Source of the DNA: Selaginella moellendorffii
Taxonomy: Eukaryota; Plantae; Lycopodiophyta
Direction: 5' to 3'
Assembly (NCBI RefSeq): GCF_000143415.4
Contig: NW_003314312.1
Span: forward strand, 501,261-565,260
Length of the DNA: 64,000 nt
Below, one piece after another: positions 23,407-37,175 of the stretch. The stretch's first letter is position 1, and the number at the start of each line of letters is the position of its first letter. A program made the translations under genes and the position numbers. The notes beneath the pieces are model-generated. The model made no database searches. It was not told the DNA's origin and saw only the letters and a program-made list of their open reading frames with translations.

Positions 23407-24075
23407 TTACTTCGTAAGGTTTTAATGGATCAACAATGTGAACCATTGGAGCTTTGCTCAACAACTATTTCAATGCCACTTTACTTTCCTCATGTGGCTT
23501 CTTCCACTCGAATGGCATGTTTTTATGCAACAATTGTGTCAAAGGAATAACCACCTCCATAAAATTATCTTGGAAATGTCGGTAGTAATTAGCCATATCA
23601 AGGAAGCTACGTGTAAACTAGTTTTTCACCATATCCATCTTCCTTGGATCCATCTTAACACCTTTAGATGTCATAATATAGTTGAAATATTCCACCTCTA
23701 ACTTTGCAAACTCATAATTACTCTTCTTTGCATAAATTTTGTTGTCACATAGTAAGAAAAGTGCACCTTATGCTCTATATTCTTATTGAAAATAAAAATA
23801 TTGTCTAAGAAAATATCCACAAACTCACAAAGATAACTCCCAAATACCTCCATCATTAATTGAGTAATGTGGCTGGTGCATTCATCAAACCAAATAGCAT
23901 AATTGTAAACTCAAAATGCCTGAAGCTTGTGTTGAATGCCATCTTGGAAATACATGCATCATCCATTGCAATCTGATGATATCCATTCCTCAGATTAATC
24001 TTGGTAAGCATTTGTGCTTCACTAAGTTTATCTAAGATATCATCCACATATGGCATCGATATCTTATCTTTCACT
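23407..24075 (-). mobile_element. Degenerate Gypsy element F: reverse transcriptase
   Basis: MPYVDDILDKL..KINLRNGYHQI..HFEFTIMLFGLMNAPAT; a degenerate YxDD region (FLDNIFIF); ends LSKAPMVHIVDPLKPYEV. Confidence 0.85.
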
Positions 24076-24241
24076 ACTAGCTAGAGATTTTTTTTTTTCT
24101 TTTAGTTCTAAAAAACAAGAAACATGCTATATAATTTTTTATCACCCATTGTGCAAGAGGAAAATATTACCAATTTCCCTAATAGGTACTTAATTATAAC
24201 TTTTAATATGTTACAACTTAAGTAGGTTAGACCCAAGGCAA

Positions 24242-24408
24242 CTATCACCTGTCATCTTAGTAGCTCCCAATAGCTGTCACTTTGACATTTCAATGGCTCC
24301 TAATGGCTATCACCCCATACTAACAACTCCTAGTGGTTGTCACCTTGACATCCCAATAGCTCTTACCAATTGTCACTTTGACATCTCAGTGGCTCCTAAA
24401 AGCTGCTA
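24242..24408. repeat. About 33-bp degenerate minisatellite, about 5 copies
   Basis: Unit approximately CTGTCACTTTGACATCTCAATGGCTCCTAATAG. Confidence 0.75.
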
Positions 24409-24409
24409 T

Positions 24410-27345
24410 TGTAGCACACTTAAATTTAAAGTCAAACTCCAAGCTTGTTACACTATGAAACGAGGGTCTGGTATGCACTCAATATCTTCTACGAGCACCA
24501 ACTCCTTGTATTCAAATTTTGTATGCAAAAAGGTATCAAACAAAGTTTGGCACAATTTTAATATACTAGTGGTCTAACACAATTTAGCATACTAGTAGCC
24601 TAACGCAAAGAGGAGGGTACTCTACCGATTAGAGCAATATAGAGCTTGGGCTTAAACCCAAATATTAAATATAGAATAAAGAGTGATATAGCTTAATGGA
24701 TGCTAAATTAATGTTTCAAGTGGTCAACCATGCTTTCAACCACTATCCCTATTATACATTTGAAACACCATCCTCACCATCCCCTTTCAAGGAACACACA
24801 CTTTGGGCTTTCACCCTAGTCCCAAGAGTTAGTTTTTTGAAACAAACTTGAAAACTTATTAAATATAAAATGGTACTAGTTGCAAATTAAGGCACAAGAA
24901 CATTATTGTAATGTATTTGATCATGGGATGAGATTTGGATATACTGCCACTGTGGATCCTTGGAACCTTAGGGGATAAATAGGGATAAAATAACCACTAA
25001 AGGCTCTCTCATCAAGCAATCGCCCCTTTTCCAGTTGGTTTAAAGGGAGAGAGATAAAGTGTGCTACATGTGGTATTAGAGCAAATGGCACAGATTTAAT
25101 TCCCATTGATTAGTGTCTACTTAAAAATATAATATACCTTTGAGAAAAGTATATTCATACCCCTAAATTTGAAATCATATGTATTGGCATCCATGCATAC
25201 ATCCTTCCTCTTGTGTAGAGTACCTATAAATGAAGGTATCCACTATGGGACTGCGATATTGTAGGTGGATGACTAGTTGCCTCATATGGAATAACTAATT
25301 TACACAATAGAAGGATTGGTAGATTTAGTGCGGAAATGGAGGTGTTGGTTCCCCTTAGCTTAGTAAGGGTTATTAGTCAATAGTCAATGAGGACATTAAT
25401 ATCTTTAAAAGGGGGGTGAATACAACGCATTTAATCATGGGATGAAATTTGGATATACTATCACTATGGATCCTTAAGTTTTATAAATATAGTCCTTGAG
25501 CAGATCTAAACATTTACTATAAATTGCATATAGGATCGGAATGGAATGAATATATAGGGTATGATAGCAAGAGTGTTTAGTAGACATGGTAAATTATCAT
25601 AAGCTTCTCAAAGATCGTTTGCCAAAACTTGGACATGAACTTGGGATCCCGATCACTCACAATGTCATCTAGCAAACCATAGAGACTAGTGATATTGAGA
25701 GACTAAACTCAATATACAAGGTTTTTGCTAAGCCAGTGCAAAACAGAAAAAAAAAAAAAAAAAAAACTAAAAGCCAGGTCAAGAAACACATAATTTTCTA
25801 TTTTCTGTTCATCTAGCTAAGTATAGATGCTAAGTCTAATTTATTAACACTTGAACAAGAGGGGTTAATGAAAGGAATCAATAGTATTAATCTTGTACTG
25901 TTGTGGCAGTAAGGAGAAAATATTTGTAAAGATTGACTGACAAGTATCTTTTGATACCCAAAGTCACATTTGCAACACTCTCCCCTCTTTAGGGAAGATT
26001 GATGTCTTCATCAATAGTAAATCATTAAGGAAATAATTCTTAAATTTCATAGAAAATATACTTTGTGGGAAACACATCAACTTAAATGAGTGGAGAATGA
26101 ACTTTTCTCTACGGCTAAAGACGTTAAGACTTAAACACCCTCCGGCCATCACTGATAAGGAAATGACTAATAGAATTAGCCACATTTGCTATTCCAAGTA
26201 CCACTCAACTTATAAGAGAATGATACAACCATGTTCGTAAGGATATTGAGAGAAAACTAAAGGCCCAACTCTCCTAAGGACAAATCAACCCCATTAGAAA
26301 GATTTAAACAACTATTATAATTTGGCAAATGAAGTTGTTTATATGACCATGCCCTTTTCAAAAATGGGTCAACAAAAGAGAGGTTAGGACTTGTGATTAA
26401 TCTATAATACTTATCCCCATGGTTATGAATTAAATCTATGCACCGAAGTGCCAAAGTCAATCTTCCAAAACTGACCCAAAATTAACGAATGAGAGAAATG
26501 TATAATAGAAATGTATTACTTTTTTATTAATTTGCAAGATTTATTACAAAGATTTATAAAAACTACTTTTTATTATGATTCTCATACTCTATGACAAACT
26601 CATGGGCATTTGTAAGATTACAAAGAGTCTCCTAAATAGATTCATACGTTGGGTAGCCATGCCACTTGACTAGGTACTTATGACATTAAAAATGTTTGGT
26701 CCAATGACTATCCAAAATAGCTTCAACTTCATACTCAGTTCACCATCAACAACCGCTAGTAGGGGACAAATGTGCATAGAGTGTTTTACAACAGCATGAT
26801 ATGGTGTCAATAAATTGACATAAAACATATTATGGACGTGGGATAACTCATCCAAAAAATCCAATTTATAGAATACATTATTAACCGATTTCAATACCCA
26901 ATAGGGTCTAACATATCTTGCTAATAGCTTCTGGGACAAAAACCCCTTAACATTGAAAGATAGCCATATCTAATCTCCCACTTAATAGGATACATCTCAA
27001 TGATGTTGATTTTTATCACATTGATACCTATCTTGAGCTTTACCCATCACCTCAATAGCCCTAAACCAACCTTGGTGCAGCTACTCCACATAAGTCTCAA
27101 TGGTTGGGACCAACACCACAAACATTGGTTTTAGGATAAAAATTTATTAAGGAACCCCACAAGCATTTCTTTATAGCATCTCCTATGAAGAATAGTTAAT
27201 AGTGTTATAAAATGTGTTATTATAATAGATTTTTGCTATGTTCAAATGCTCAACCTAGCCACATTGGTCCACTGTGACATAGTACTAAAAATCTATTTAC
27301 CCATCTATTTAAGGATGATAAGTTTTATTAAATTTCAATTTAGTC
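24410..27345 (-). mobile_element. Old family B element: 3' LTR (24410-25977, interrupted by repeat C), PPT, 3' non-coding region, integrase/chromodomain remnants
   Basis: TGTAGCACAC...TTTGCAACA followed by CTCTCCCCTC; minus-strand YHP*IDG, SQKLLARYVRPY, VHNMFYVNLL and KWHGYP. Confidence 0.8.
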
Positions 27346-27409
27346 TAAAACTTCCCAAATCTCGAATCCCTAATATATATAGTTCTTAGAAAGGGTGATC
27401 ACCAATAAG

Positions 27410-27526
27410 TTGGGGGGAAGAATTGTTAGCATCAACTTTAACCACATACACAAGAGAAGGCATAACATACTCTAGAAAGATTAGATTTTTGTCTTTTCAC
27501 ACTGAATCATAACATTGGTATTAGAA
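27410..27526 (+). mobile_element. Possible miniature LTR (27424-27514) flanked by a PPT and a PBS (TRIM-like)
   Basis: GGGGGGAAGAA, then TGTTA...TAACA, then TGGTATTAGA (one mismatch to the Met PBS). Confidence 0.4.
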
Positions 27527-27859
27527 GTTTACCAAACCCTGGTTCTCCTTCTAGATCCACCATGTTAAATATTTCTTTAAAATATTCCTACCCCTAAGCC
27601 AACTAGGTAAAAAGGTAATCACTTGATTGTATATTATCCTGACTTAATGTCTAACAATCTCTTGTTGGAGTTTGACCAACACACAGTTTCTGGCTGGGCT
27701 TAGAAGGAGCTCGCTGTTCATAATTGTTCTTCACGTCAAGAGTTGCATCGCCATGCTAAACAAGTAGCAACTTGCTTGTCACATCATGTTGTGTAAGCAA
27801 ATCAAATTTGAAAAAGGAAAAAATATGACACTTTGCAGACCATATCAACCAGTACATGA

Positions 27860-28982
27860 TCATGCAAGCACTGGAAACAGCTTTGATACCACGTCCAAGG
27901 AAATGTTATCTCCAGCGTTTTTCCTCTGCGATGGATCGTTGTATTCATTAGATGGTAGCGTGACAACCTATAGGAGTGATGAGATCAACCAGTGAGTGCC
28001 ATTTTCTTCTGAGACTTACCTGGCTTCCGCCATGGCCCTTGTGAAGCTTCCAACCGCTGTTGGCTGCATGAAATTCAAGATACTTATCCAACGATAAGCC
28101 CTCCAAATTCAGAGCCTGCAAGGATAGAACGTCCGTCACAATACTTCGTATCATAGTTTTCTTTCTACCTCTGCAAGGACGGCCCTGGGGACCTTTTGGT
28201 ACGTCAGGGACAAGACGTGCACCCCGTACGACTGGATTGCGCTCTCAAATCCTGAAACAAACTCTTTAGAATTTTAAAACTAAACAGAATCTTCTCGTAC
28301 CTGGAATGACTTCTAAAATGTCACGATTACGAGCAGCCTCGTCCCAAAACTCGCGGAACCTAGCAGTCTGAGAGGAAAATGAACATAAGCGAAGGAAAGC
28401 GCGGCTAGGAGCGGAGTACCTCCAAGTAGTGAGACAGAGTTGCCAGAGTAAAGAACGGGTGTAGCATATGCTGATAAACCAAGTGAGAAAACAGAAACCC
28501 GGAAGCACAAGAACTTACAAGTCGTTCTGGCACAAGGCACATACAGAGGCCAAAATCCGGAGCTGGCATTGCCATCAAAGCCTGCAATTCATATGAGTGC
28601 AGCACTAGAAGCACAACAAGCCTACCTTCACAAGGATTTTAGTCACAATGTTGACATTAAGATTTCGTGGCTCAAACTGGTCGTGAGAAAAAGCAGTTGG
28701 CGCAAGAAAGAAACGACTAGGCAAGAAGAGCTTGCATACCTGGTAAAGCCGTAGAAGGCACAGATTGGAATCAAAGCTGTAAGTCTCAGTAGCAACCTAT
28801 AGAATAAACACGCTAAGAGAAAGCAAGAAAAAGAAACAAAACGAAGAACTAGTTTTCCGGACCTGTTCTTGCACATAGGCTTCCAGATCGGGAAGAATGT
28901 CTGGATTGTAAGGATTGAGCGCGACTAGCTGCTCCATCGTTAGCTGCGGCTGCTCCTGCTCTCTCTCCCATTCCGACACCAT
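27860..28982 (-). CDS. eIF3K: Eukaryotic translation initiation factor 3 subunit K (9 exons)
   Basis: EQLVALNPYNPDILPDLEAYV; YSFDSNLCLLRLYQFEP; ILVKALMAMPAPDF; LSHYLETARFREFW; PGFESAIQ; ends LFPVLA-TGA. GT-AG introns throughout. Confidence 0.95.
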
Positions 28983-29205
28983 ATTTCCCACCTAAAGCAC
29001 GACATGTCGCGATTCCAGGCCGCATTGCATCGATGGACAACATACCTCAGCGCCGGCTCGCGCAGCCTTGAGCTTCGAGGATTAGGGCAGAGCGAGGGTT
29101 TTGGCAGACGAATATGCCTGTAGGAATATTCTCTCATGTGCGTGCGGAGATCCTGGTGGCTTGCCCTAACCCTAGATTTACCTGAGAGAGATAGAGCAAG
29201 CAGGA
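28983..29205. promoter_or_regulatory. Putative bidirectional promoter with telo-box-like motifs
   Basis: 223 bp between two divergent ATGs; AGGGTTTT near 29095 and CCCTAACCCTAG near 29164. Confidence 0.6.
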
Positions 29206-30708
29206 ATGGCGCGTCCTTGGGGAAAGGTCGGCGCCTGGGCGGACGATTCGGAAGCGGAAGCGGCAGCGGCAGCGGCGCCCACAGCGCCACCGCCAGCAGC
29301 GCCGTTGCCAGTGGAAGCGTTTCCATCGCTGGGGGAGGCCGCCGCCGCGAAATCCAGCAAGAAGAAGAAAGGTCAGACGCTTACTTTCGCGGAGTTCCAA
29401 TCAGGGAAGTATGTTCCCGGTGTTAAGCAGCGGAGCTCGGCATCGTCGGGGATCTTCACCGACAGCGATCGCCTCACGTCGGACGAGATGATGATGCTGC
29501 CGACGGGGCCCAAGGATCGATCGGACGAGGAGCCCTATGAGCAGGGCGGGCGATTGGGTGGCGGCTTCCGGGACTATGGCGGTTTCCGGGGCGACAGGGA
29601 TCGCGGGGACAGGGATAGAGGCGATAGAGGCGATAGGGAGCGCGATCAGCGTGGCTTTGGATTCGATAGAGAGCGCGAGGCCTCTCGCGCCGACGATAGC
29701 AGCGACTGGAGCTCCAACAAGCCTTCCAGAGGAGCTGGAGGAGGAGGTGGTGGGCGATTTGACGACGAGAATCGGCGGTACAGTGGCGATCGCTTTGGTG
29801 GCGATAGAGATCTTCCCTCCAAGGCGGATGAGGTTGATAATTGGGCTTCTGGGAAGAAATCGCTGCCTCCTCCCGAGAGGAGATCCGATGACATTGGTAG
29901 GAGGTCCGATGACTTTGGTAAAGGTGGTTTTGGGAAAGCTGACGCTGATGACAACTGGGGAGCTAACAAGAAGCCCGTGGTCTCGGACAAGTGGTCGTTT
30001 CGGAGGTCTGATGACTATGGCGGCCCCGACTCTGGCGACAAATGGAGCAGGAGGAGCAACGATGACTCTCCCGGCGATGATAAGTGGGGCGCTAGGAAAG
30101 CTGGCGATGAGGCCCCTCGCAGGCCACGGTTGAATCTAAGGCCCCGGACCCTCCCGCTGGAGAACTCGCCGCCTCCAGTGTCTGCTGATCAACAACATGG
30201 CAGTCGGCCATCCAGCAGTCACTCTAGTCGACCGGGGAGTCCTCCAGAAGTGGAAGCACCTCCAGTTGAGCCAAAGCCACGCCAGAAAGTGGACCCTTTT
30301 GGGAACGCAAAGCCGAGGGAGGTGTTGCTGGAGCAACGAGGACAGGACTGGCGGAAGATGGATATGGAGCTCGAGAGCAAAAGGTAAGTAGTCTTGTAAA
30401 GTTTCGTGTTCGTTCTTCCCCTGATGTTGTGTTATAGGCCCGACACTGACGAGGAGAAGAAGCTCAAGGAAGAGATCGTGTCCCTGAAAGAGCTAGCGGA
30501 TAGCACCGCCGACCCTGCCGTGAAGGAGCAACTAGCCGAGAAGGAACAGGAGCTCGAGCAGCTGGTCAAAGAGCTTCATTCGAAGGCACGGGTATCGTCG
30601 GATCGTTGGAGGAAGGACGAGTCGAGAATCACTAGCCCTCCCGCTACAAGGCGCGATCCATGGAAGCGGGAGAATGGAAGGGATCGGCCAAAGGTTGATC
30701 GATGGTGA
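29206..30708 (+). CDS. eIF4B: Plant-type translation initiation factor 4B (exons 29206-30383 and 30438-30708)
   Basis: MARPWGKVGAWA, FPSLGEA, KKKKGQTLTFAEF, MMLPTGPKDR, SKADEVDNW, RPRLNLRPR, PFGNAKPREVLL, RPDTDEEKKLKEEI. Confidence 0.93.
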
Positions 30709-30950
30709 TGATTCCAACAGCTTTGCGATTTTGTGTTACGACCGTCGCCCACCATGATCTCGTGCTCTACAATAATCCGGGGTGGCGACGGAGGTGAGAG
30801 ATCTACTCTATTAATTTTTATTAATAATCCACAGTGTTCTTCGTTTCTTACATTGAAAGTATCTTCGACCGCTCATCCTTGCCGTGTCCTGTTGTGCTAT
30901 AGTATTTTATTACTTGGGAGATTCAAAGAGATTCAAGTAAAAGGGATGAA

Positions 30951-31995
30951 ATGAGCAGCTCTTTTGATCCTAGCTTGGATTTGGATCGTCCAAGCTTCGA
31001 CTTGGATCGTCCCAGCTTTGAATTGGGTCGCCAGAGCTTTTCTACGACAAGGAACTGGGAGATTTTCGACACTCCGAGTCCTCCGCGAAGATCTTGCGTG
31101 TGTTCTTCGTCCTCGGCTTCGCTGGCCGGCGCTCGATCGGCTCCTCGGCTCTCCATCACTACTCCTCTTTCGGAGCGGCAAGGAGGCAAGTTCTTTAGCT
31201 TCTCGGCGTGCTCCACGCCGGCTAGCAACTATGTGTTTCGGTGCTTGGGCTCCGGAGAAGTGGGAGCTCCGAGGAGGATTTTGATCGTGGTGGACGCGAG
31301 CAAAGATGTGACCACTGAGTCACTCGAGTGGACGCTCACACACATTGCTCAGCCGGGGGACTTCGTCACCATCCTGGGACTCTTGCCATGGCTTACACTT
31401 CCAAGTAAGTGAATCTAAGTTTCATCAAGCTTGAAAGAAAAGCTTCTTTGCAGTGGCCGTGAAGCGATGGGCCAAGCTCAAAAAGATCGATGAGAGTCCC
31501 GGTCGCTTTGAGTCTCCGGAGTTTATGAGGATACAAGAACTTTACGCAACCAAAGGGGTGAGTTTATATCATCTCTGTTCGCCAAATAATTTGCTTGTGT
31601 CCAAGGTGTTCTTGGGGATCCAAATTCTTTCGGGCTTTCCTAGAAGAGATATCGCTGTGGACATGGCAAAGCGGATCGATGCAAGATGGATAATCTTCTA
31701 CAGGTTAAGAACTTGGGCTCTCTCATATTTGATTAATTGTTTTGTTTTTCTTAGGTGGATGTGTGGTAGCTCCAATTATATTATAAAGAGACTGGGCAAG
31801 AAGAGGAACATAGTGTACTTGACCAGCAAAAGCGAGGGAATTGTGCTCTTTGCCTCTAAGCCCGCGATAATTAGTGTCCACGAAGCACCCGGATTCAGTA
31901 AAAGCCCTTCAAATCAAAATCCTGTGAAGGTTGAGCTCAACTTTGGAGCAAGGCGAATGAAGCTATCCCAATGGATAAACGCAATCAAATTATAA
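30951..31995 (+). CDS. USP-like (adenine nucleotide alpha-hydrolase-like) domain protein with no kinase domain
   Basis: RRILIVVDASKDVTTESLEWTLTHIAQPGDFVTILG and IAVDMAKRIDARWIIF; predicted introns 31405-31453, about 31558-31605 and about 31704-31754. Confidence 0.65.
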
Positions 31996-32245
31996 TTATC
32001 AGCTTATGATTCGTAAATCAAACATTGTAATGATCATTCTTTTTAGAGACGACAAATCTAGCTGGTGGAGTTTCTCTGTAAGCAATAACTAGGACGCTGT
32101 TGGGACCAGCAAGTACAGAGACAAAATCGTTTCAATTTCTTTTGGTTGAGTGGGCAATATCAATTGTGGTCCAGCCAGCATATCCGATCCTCATTTCCAC
32201 GCTATAAAAACCCTACGTTCCAAACTCCTCCATCGCCGCAGCACA

Positions 32246-35167
32246 ATGGAATCATCCCATTCACTCAATAGCTACAGCCTCCTTATCTCCTCCTTGCTCT
32301 TGGCACTCTTCTTTTCATGCATTGCAACTCAATGTTCAGATGATCCAAAGGTGTACATTGTGTACATGGGTGCTGCTGATGAGCATCACAGCCACTTGCT
32401 GTCTAGCCACCACGCACAAATGCTGGCATCTGTTTCCAACAGGTGAAATCAGTCACCGAATGCCCAGCATATAAAATATATATAGATTCTATAGCTGTTT
32501 GTGTTCTAATTATTATTTGCTTTTTTGTATTGTGCTGTGGCAGGAGTGTGGAATCAGCTATGGAAACTATTGTCCACAGCTACACCCGAGCCATCAATGG
32601 CTTTGCTGCAAAGATGCTCCCCAGCCAAGCATCTATGCTACAACGTAAATTCCACCTCTTTCTCTGCTGTTTCATAACACATACAGACACTGAAATTTCA
32701 CATTTCATATGGTTTTCTCCATGAACTATATAGAGATGCCGGGCGTGGTTTCCGTGTTTGAGGACTACACAGTGTCCCTCCAGACAACCCGTTCTATAAA
32801 CTTCATAGGGCTGGAGGACGCATCCGGAAACACCGCAGCAAACTCGCTATGGAAGAAAACAATGGGCGAAAACATGATAATTGGCGTACTGGACTCGGGT
32901 ATATGCCAATCCCCGATTCGAATCTTTCTTTAAATCTCCCGCATTTTCTTCTAGGTGTCTGGCCAGAGTCGGCGAGCTTCAGCGACGCCGGGCTGCCGGC
33001 TTCCCTTCCTGCGAAGTGGCACGGCAGCTGTGCGTCGAGCGCCTCCTTCACATGCAACAGGTAACGCGGATTAGATCTCTCGATCGATCGTTTCATCGAT
33101 TGCTTCTTTTGTATTGCTGCTGGAGATTTCGCTGATGGCGCTTGCAGGAAAGTAATTGGCGCGCGGTACTATGGCTCTTCCGGCGGCAGCCCCCTGAATC
33201 CTCGCGATGTAACTGGGCATGGATCTCATGTCTCCTCCATAGCAGCGGGAGCTCGTGTGGCCGGCGTTGACGACTTAGGGCTCGCCAGAGGCACCGCAAA
33301 GGGCGTCGCGCCCCAGGCTCGAATTGCCGTGTACAAGATCTGCTGGGCGGTGAAGTGCGCGGGAGCCGATGTTCTCAAGGGCTGGGACGATGCGATTGGC
33401 GATGGCGTGGACGTGATCAATTACTCGGTGGGAAGCTCAAACAGTCCCTACTGGTCAGACGTTGCCTCCATCGGTAGCTTCCATGCCGTGCAGACAGGGG
33501 TCGTGGTGGTCGCAGCTGCTGCAAATGGTGGCATCGGTTGTGTTGTACACAACACTGCGCCGTGGGTGACGACGGTCGCTGCGAGCACGATCGATCGACG
33601 CTTCCCGAGTAACGTCGTCCTGGGAGATGGTTCAGTATACCAAGTAAGTTCTCTCCGCGAATTTTTCTTTCTTTTGCTCACTTCTTGTTCAGGGATCAAG
33701 CATCAACAATTTTAGTCTCGGCAATAGTTTCTATCCTCTGGTGAATGGAAGGGACATCCCTGCGCCCACGACATCACCCGAAAGGCAAGCTTGTATTGTT
33801 ACTCTTTCTTGCTTGACTAGTTTTTCTCTTTCTCTCGTTGTGCAGTGCTATGGGCTGCTCGCCTGGAGCTCTTGATCCTGCCAAAGCCCAGGGAAAGATA
33901 GTTCTTTGCGGCCCTCCATCCGTGGATTTCAAAGATGTCGCTGATGGATTGAAGGCTATTGGTGCGGTTGGGTTTATTATGGGAAACGATGCAAATGGCA
34001 AGGAGAGATTGCTGTCACTCAGATTCACGATGCCTGCTACTCAAGTTGGAAACACAGCTGCAAATTCTATTTCTTCCTACATCAAGTCAAGCGGGTAAAT
34101 AAGTTTTGCTTTGAAAATTCGATTACTCGATCACGAGGTCTCTTGTAGGAATCCAACCGCAAAGATTATACCGCCAACAACAGTGATTAATCAGAAGCCA
34201 TCGCCCATGATGGGAATCTTCTCTTGTAAAGGTCCCAACCCTGTTGTCTCAGACATTCTCAAGGTCTGTGCCATGCAGATTGTATATGTTCAGTGATTAA
34301 CGGTGTTTGTGCGAGTGGAAAAACAGCCAGACGTAACAGCACCAGGCGTGGACATCCTTGCCGCATGGTCAGAAGCAGCTGATAAGCCACCTCTCAAGTA
34401 TAAGTTCGACAGTGGAACATCAATGGCCAGTCCCCATGTTGCAGGCTTAAGCACACTTCTCAAATCCTTGAACCCTGATTGGAGTCCAGCAGCGATCAAG
34501 TCTGCGATCATGACCACAGGTATCTTAAAAGCTGCCGAGAATTTTTAGCATTGTAAACTTACAGTTCTAATCCATCACCATAGCTTACACGCAAGACAAC
34601 ACCGGGACGACAATTCTCGACGGTGACTATGACGTTGCTGGTCCCTTCAACTATGGATCAGGACACATCAACCCGGTTGCAGCAGCGGATCCGGGGCTTG
34701 TTTACGATGTAGGAAAGCAGGACTACGTCGCTTTCTTGTGCAACATTGGCTTCTCGGCAAGACAGATCCAAGCTATGACTGGAGAACCTGGTAACTGTCC
34801 TGCCACCAGAGGCCGAGGCAGCGACTTAAACTACCCGTCAGTGACGCTCACCAATCTGGCAAGAGAGGCAGCAGTGACGAGAACTCTCACCAGTGTCAGC
34901 GATTCGCCAAGCACGTATAGCATTGGTATAACTCCACCGAGCGGGATCAGTGTTACTGCCAACCCAACGAGCTTGATGTTCAGCAAGAAGGGGGAGCAAA
35001 AGACGTTCACGCTCAACTTTGTTGTGAACTATGATTTCCTGCCTCAACAGTACGTGTATGGTGAGTATGTGTGGTATGACAACACGCACACTGTTCGCAG
35101 CCCGATTGTGGTCAATGCGGTGAGTCGCCTTGCAATCGGGGAAGAGAAATTGGTTTCTGAGATTTAA
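32246..35167 (+). CDS. Subtilisin-like serine protease (S8A) with signal peptide, I9 prodomain, PA domain and C-terminal Fn3-like domain
   Basis: [34 protein letters not shown] (D), TGHGSHV (H), [12 protein letters not shown] (S), LNYPS, VRSPIVV. An alternative short last exon after 35118 is possible. Confidence 0.95.
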
Positions 35168-35649
35168 CGGAAGGTATCATGGTACTACTATATTTTAATG
35201 TTACAGGGAACAAAGGAAGTAACAAACATTTCTTCAGGACAGATACGTATCAAACACTAAGCATAATGTTCTTTCAAACGGAAAACGACTTTGAAGAACG
35301 GCAGAGAGGCTTTAACAATTCTTTAAAATCACAAGAGAATCGGAGCTGAGTTTTGAGATGTCAAAACCATTCTGCCAAAACTTACCAGGCCTCAATCGAA
35401 AGAGTGGAAGGTTTTCTCTCTGGCAGCGATTTTGACATGTCACTCAAAGCGGGATGTAATTCAGGACGATGCATGAGCTTTACATTTTCAAATTCCACTT
35501 CCCCATTCTCTGGCCTCTTGGAAACACGTGGTTCTTGTTTGTTTGTCACCAACTTCTACATAGATCATTAAGTACTGTTGTAGACATTGCAGAGAAGCTT
35601 TCTAAAACTATACAAGCTGTTATGTTATCCAGGTTAGGGTTTGTGCGAT

Positions 35650-37175
35650 GGCGCTTTGGCGCCATCGATGGCGCGCTTGGTGCTGGTGATGATCTTGCCA
35701 ATCCATGGCTGGAATGCATTGCATCGCGCTCGTCCTCTCGTTGGTATTGGATTCTTTCTGCTGCTGTTGCTAATCGATTTTGGTACTAGGGAGCTCTCGG
35801 ATCGGATTATCTGGATGTGATGTCAATTGCTAGGTAAGTTCCTCATGCCCTCAATCTCTCTAGGATTGCATGGAGTCAGTCTTGTGCGATCAATGCGTGC
35901 TTTTCCCTTGCCTGTATTCTTCTTTTTCTTCGCATTCTTTGCCTCGCTTTGAGTTGAGGCTCGAGAAAGAAAGAGAGAGCTTTGAGAGAGTTCTTCTTGC
36001 CTTGATATATGATAGTGATTATCCAAATTCGCCAGTTGCTGAAGAGGTTTGTATCGCAAAGTTTCGGTCACTCAATTAGTGATTTACATTCTCGTTGCAA
36101 TGGTGCGAGGCAAGATGAGCAAACCTGGCAGCAATGATGGCATCCACACCCATGGATGCCGATAATCCACTTTTCTCCTTGACGATTTGCTACTTGATCA
36201 AGGCTTTGGAAGCTAGCTAAGCTTTGGTTTCTTTCTATGTGTACGCAATGTGTATTTGGACGAGCATGGCATTTAGCTACCTTGGAAGGAGTTTTGACAA
36301 CGCCCTGAGATTGCTATCCGAATCACTCTTGCTCTTAGCATGACTCGCTGGAAGTTCCTGGCTCTCACTGTAAGTTTTCTCTTGAGTTTTCCAGGCTCTT
36401 TACACTTGGTTTTTGTTTTTTAGTGCTAATGGAGATGTTGTACATGCGCAAAGCAGCTCAACGCCATCTCCTGTGACATTGTTCGCCATTGAGATAGCTA
36501 ACTTTACTCCCTTTCTTTCTGCAGTTCTTGGTTGATGATCCATGGCAGCTTGTTTCTTTGGTGCAGAATTTAGCGTCTCTCAAGGAATGCTGAGATGCTG
36601 AAGTAAAGAAGGCATACCCGAGCAAAGGAGACATTCCAGCCCGACTTTGATCCGGTAATGTTGCAGAACTATGACACATCCTCATGTTCTAGGAATGCAG
36701 CACAGTCGGATGCCTTTACTGTCGGAGATGATGGAAGAAGAAGAGCCCGAGAAGGCCGAGCTTGAGAACAAACTCATGAAGACTAGGAAAGTAAGTTCCT
36801 CTTGTGGAACTAGAGTTTGTTCTCTTTTCTCTCTTTGTCACAGCATGCATTGAGGAGAGATGTGGCCTCAACACCAAAGCCAAGGAAGCTCGGATAAACA
36901 CCAAGTCTAACAGCGCTCAAGCCGGATTGACAGAAAGCAGTGGAGCTGCCAGGTATCATCACGCTCAGTAGTGAAGCACTTCTCATGACCTCTTTTCACT
37001 CTTCCTCGAAAATCCTTTCATAGTTGTACTGATCCGTCACTTCCTTTTCTACAGGAACGCCTCTCTCAGTCTTTCCCAGAACAGATCAACCGAGCAGGCA
37101 CTTGCCCAGCACCGCCAGCACCGCACCCCACCAGCCGCCAGCGCAGCACCGCAGCTCCATGCCGCCCCGGATTAA
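35650..37175 (+). other. Multi-exon gene-like region of unknown identity, possibly a pseudogene
   Basis: Hydrophobic ORF MARLVLVMILPIHGW... and several GTAAG(T)...CAG intron-like segments (for example 36791-36843), but I could not assemble a continuous frame. Confidence 0.3.

Noticed and set aside
24242-24408. 33-bp periodic repeats as a CRISPR-like array
   Set aside because: Head-to-tail degenerate units with no unique spacers, in a eukaryotic context.
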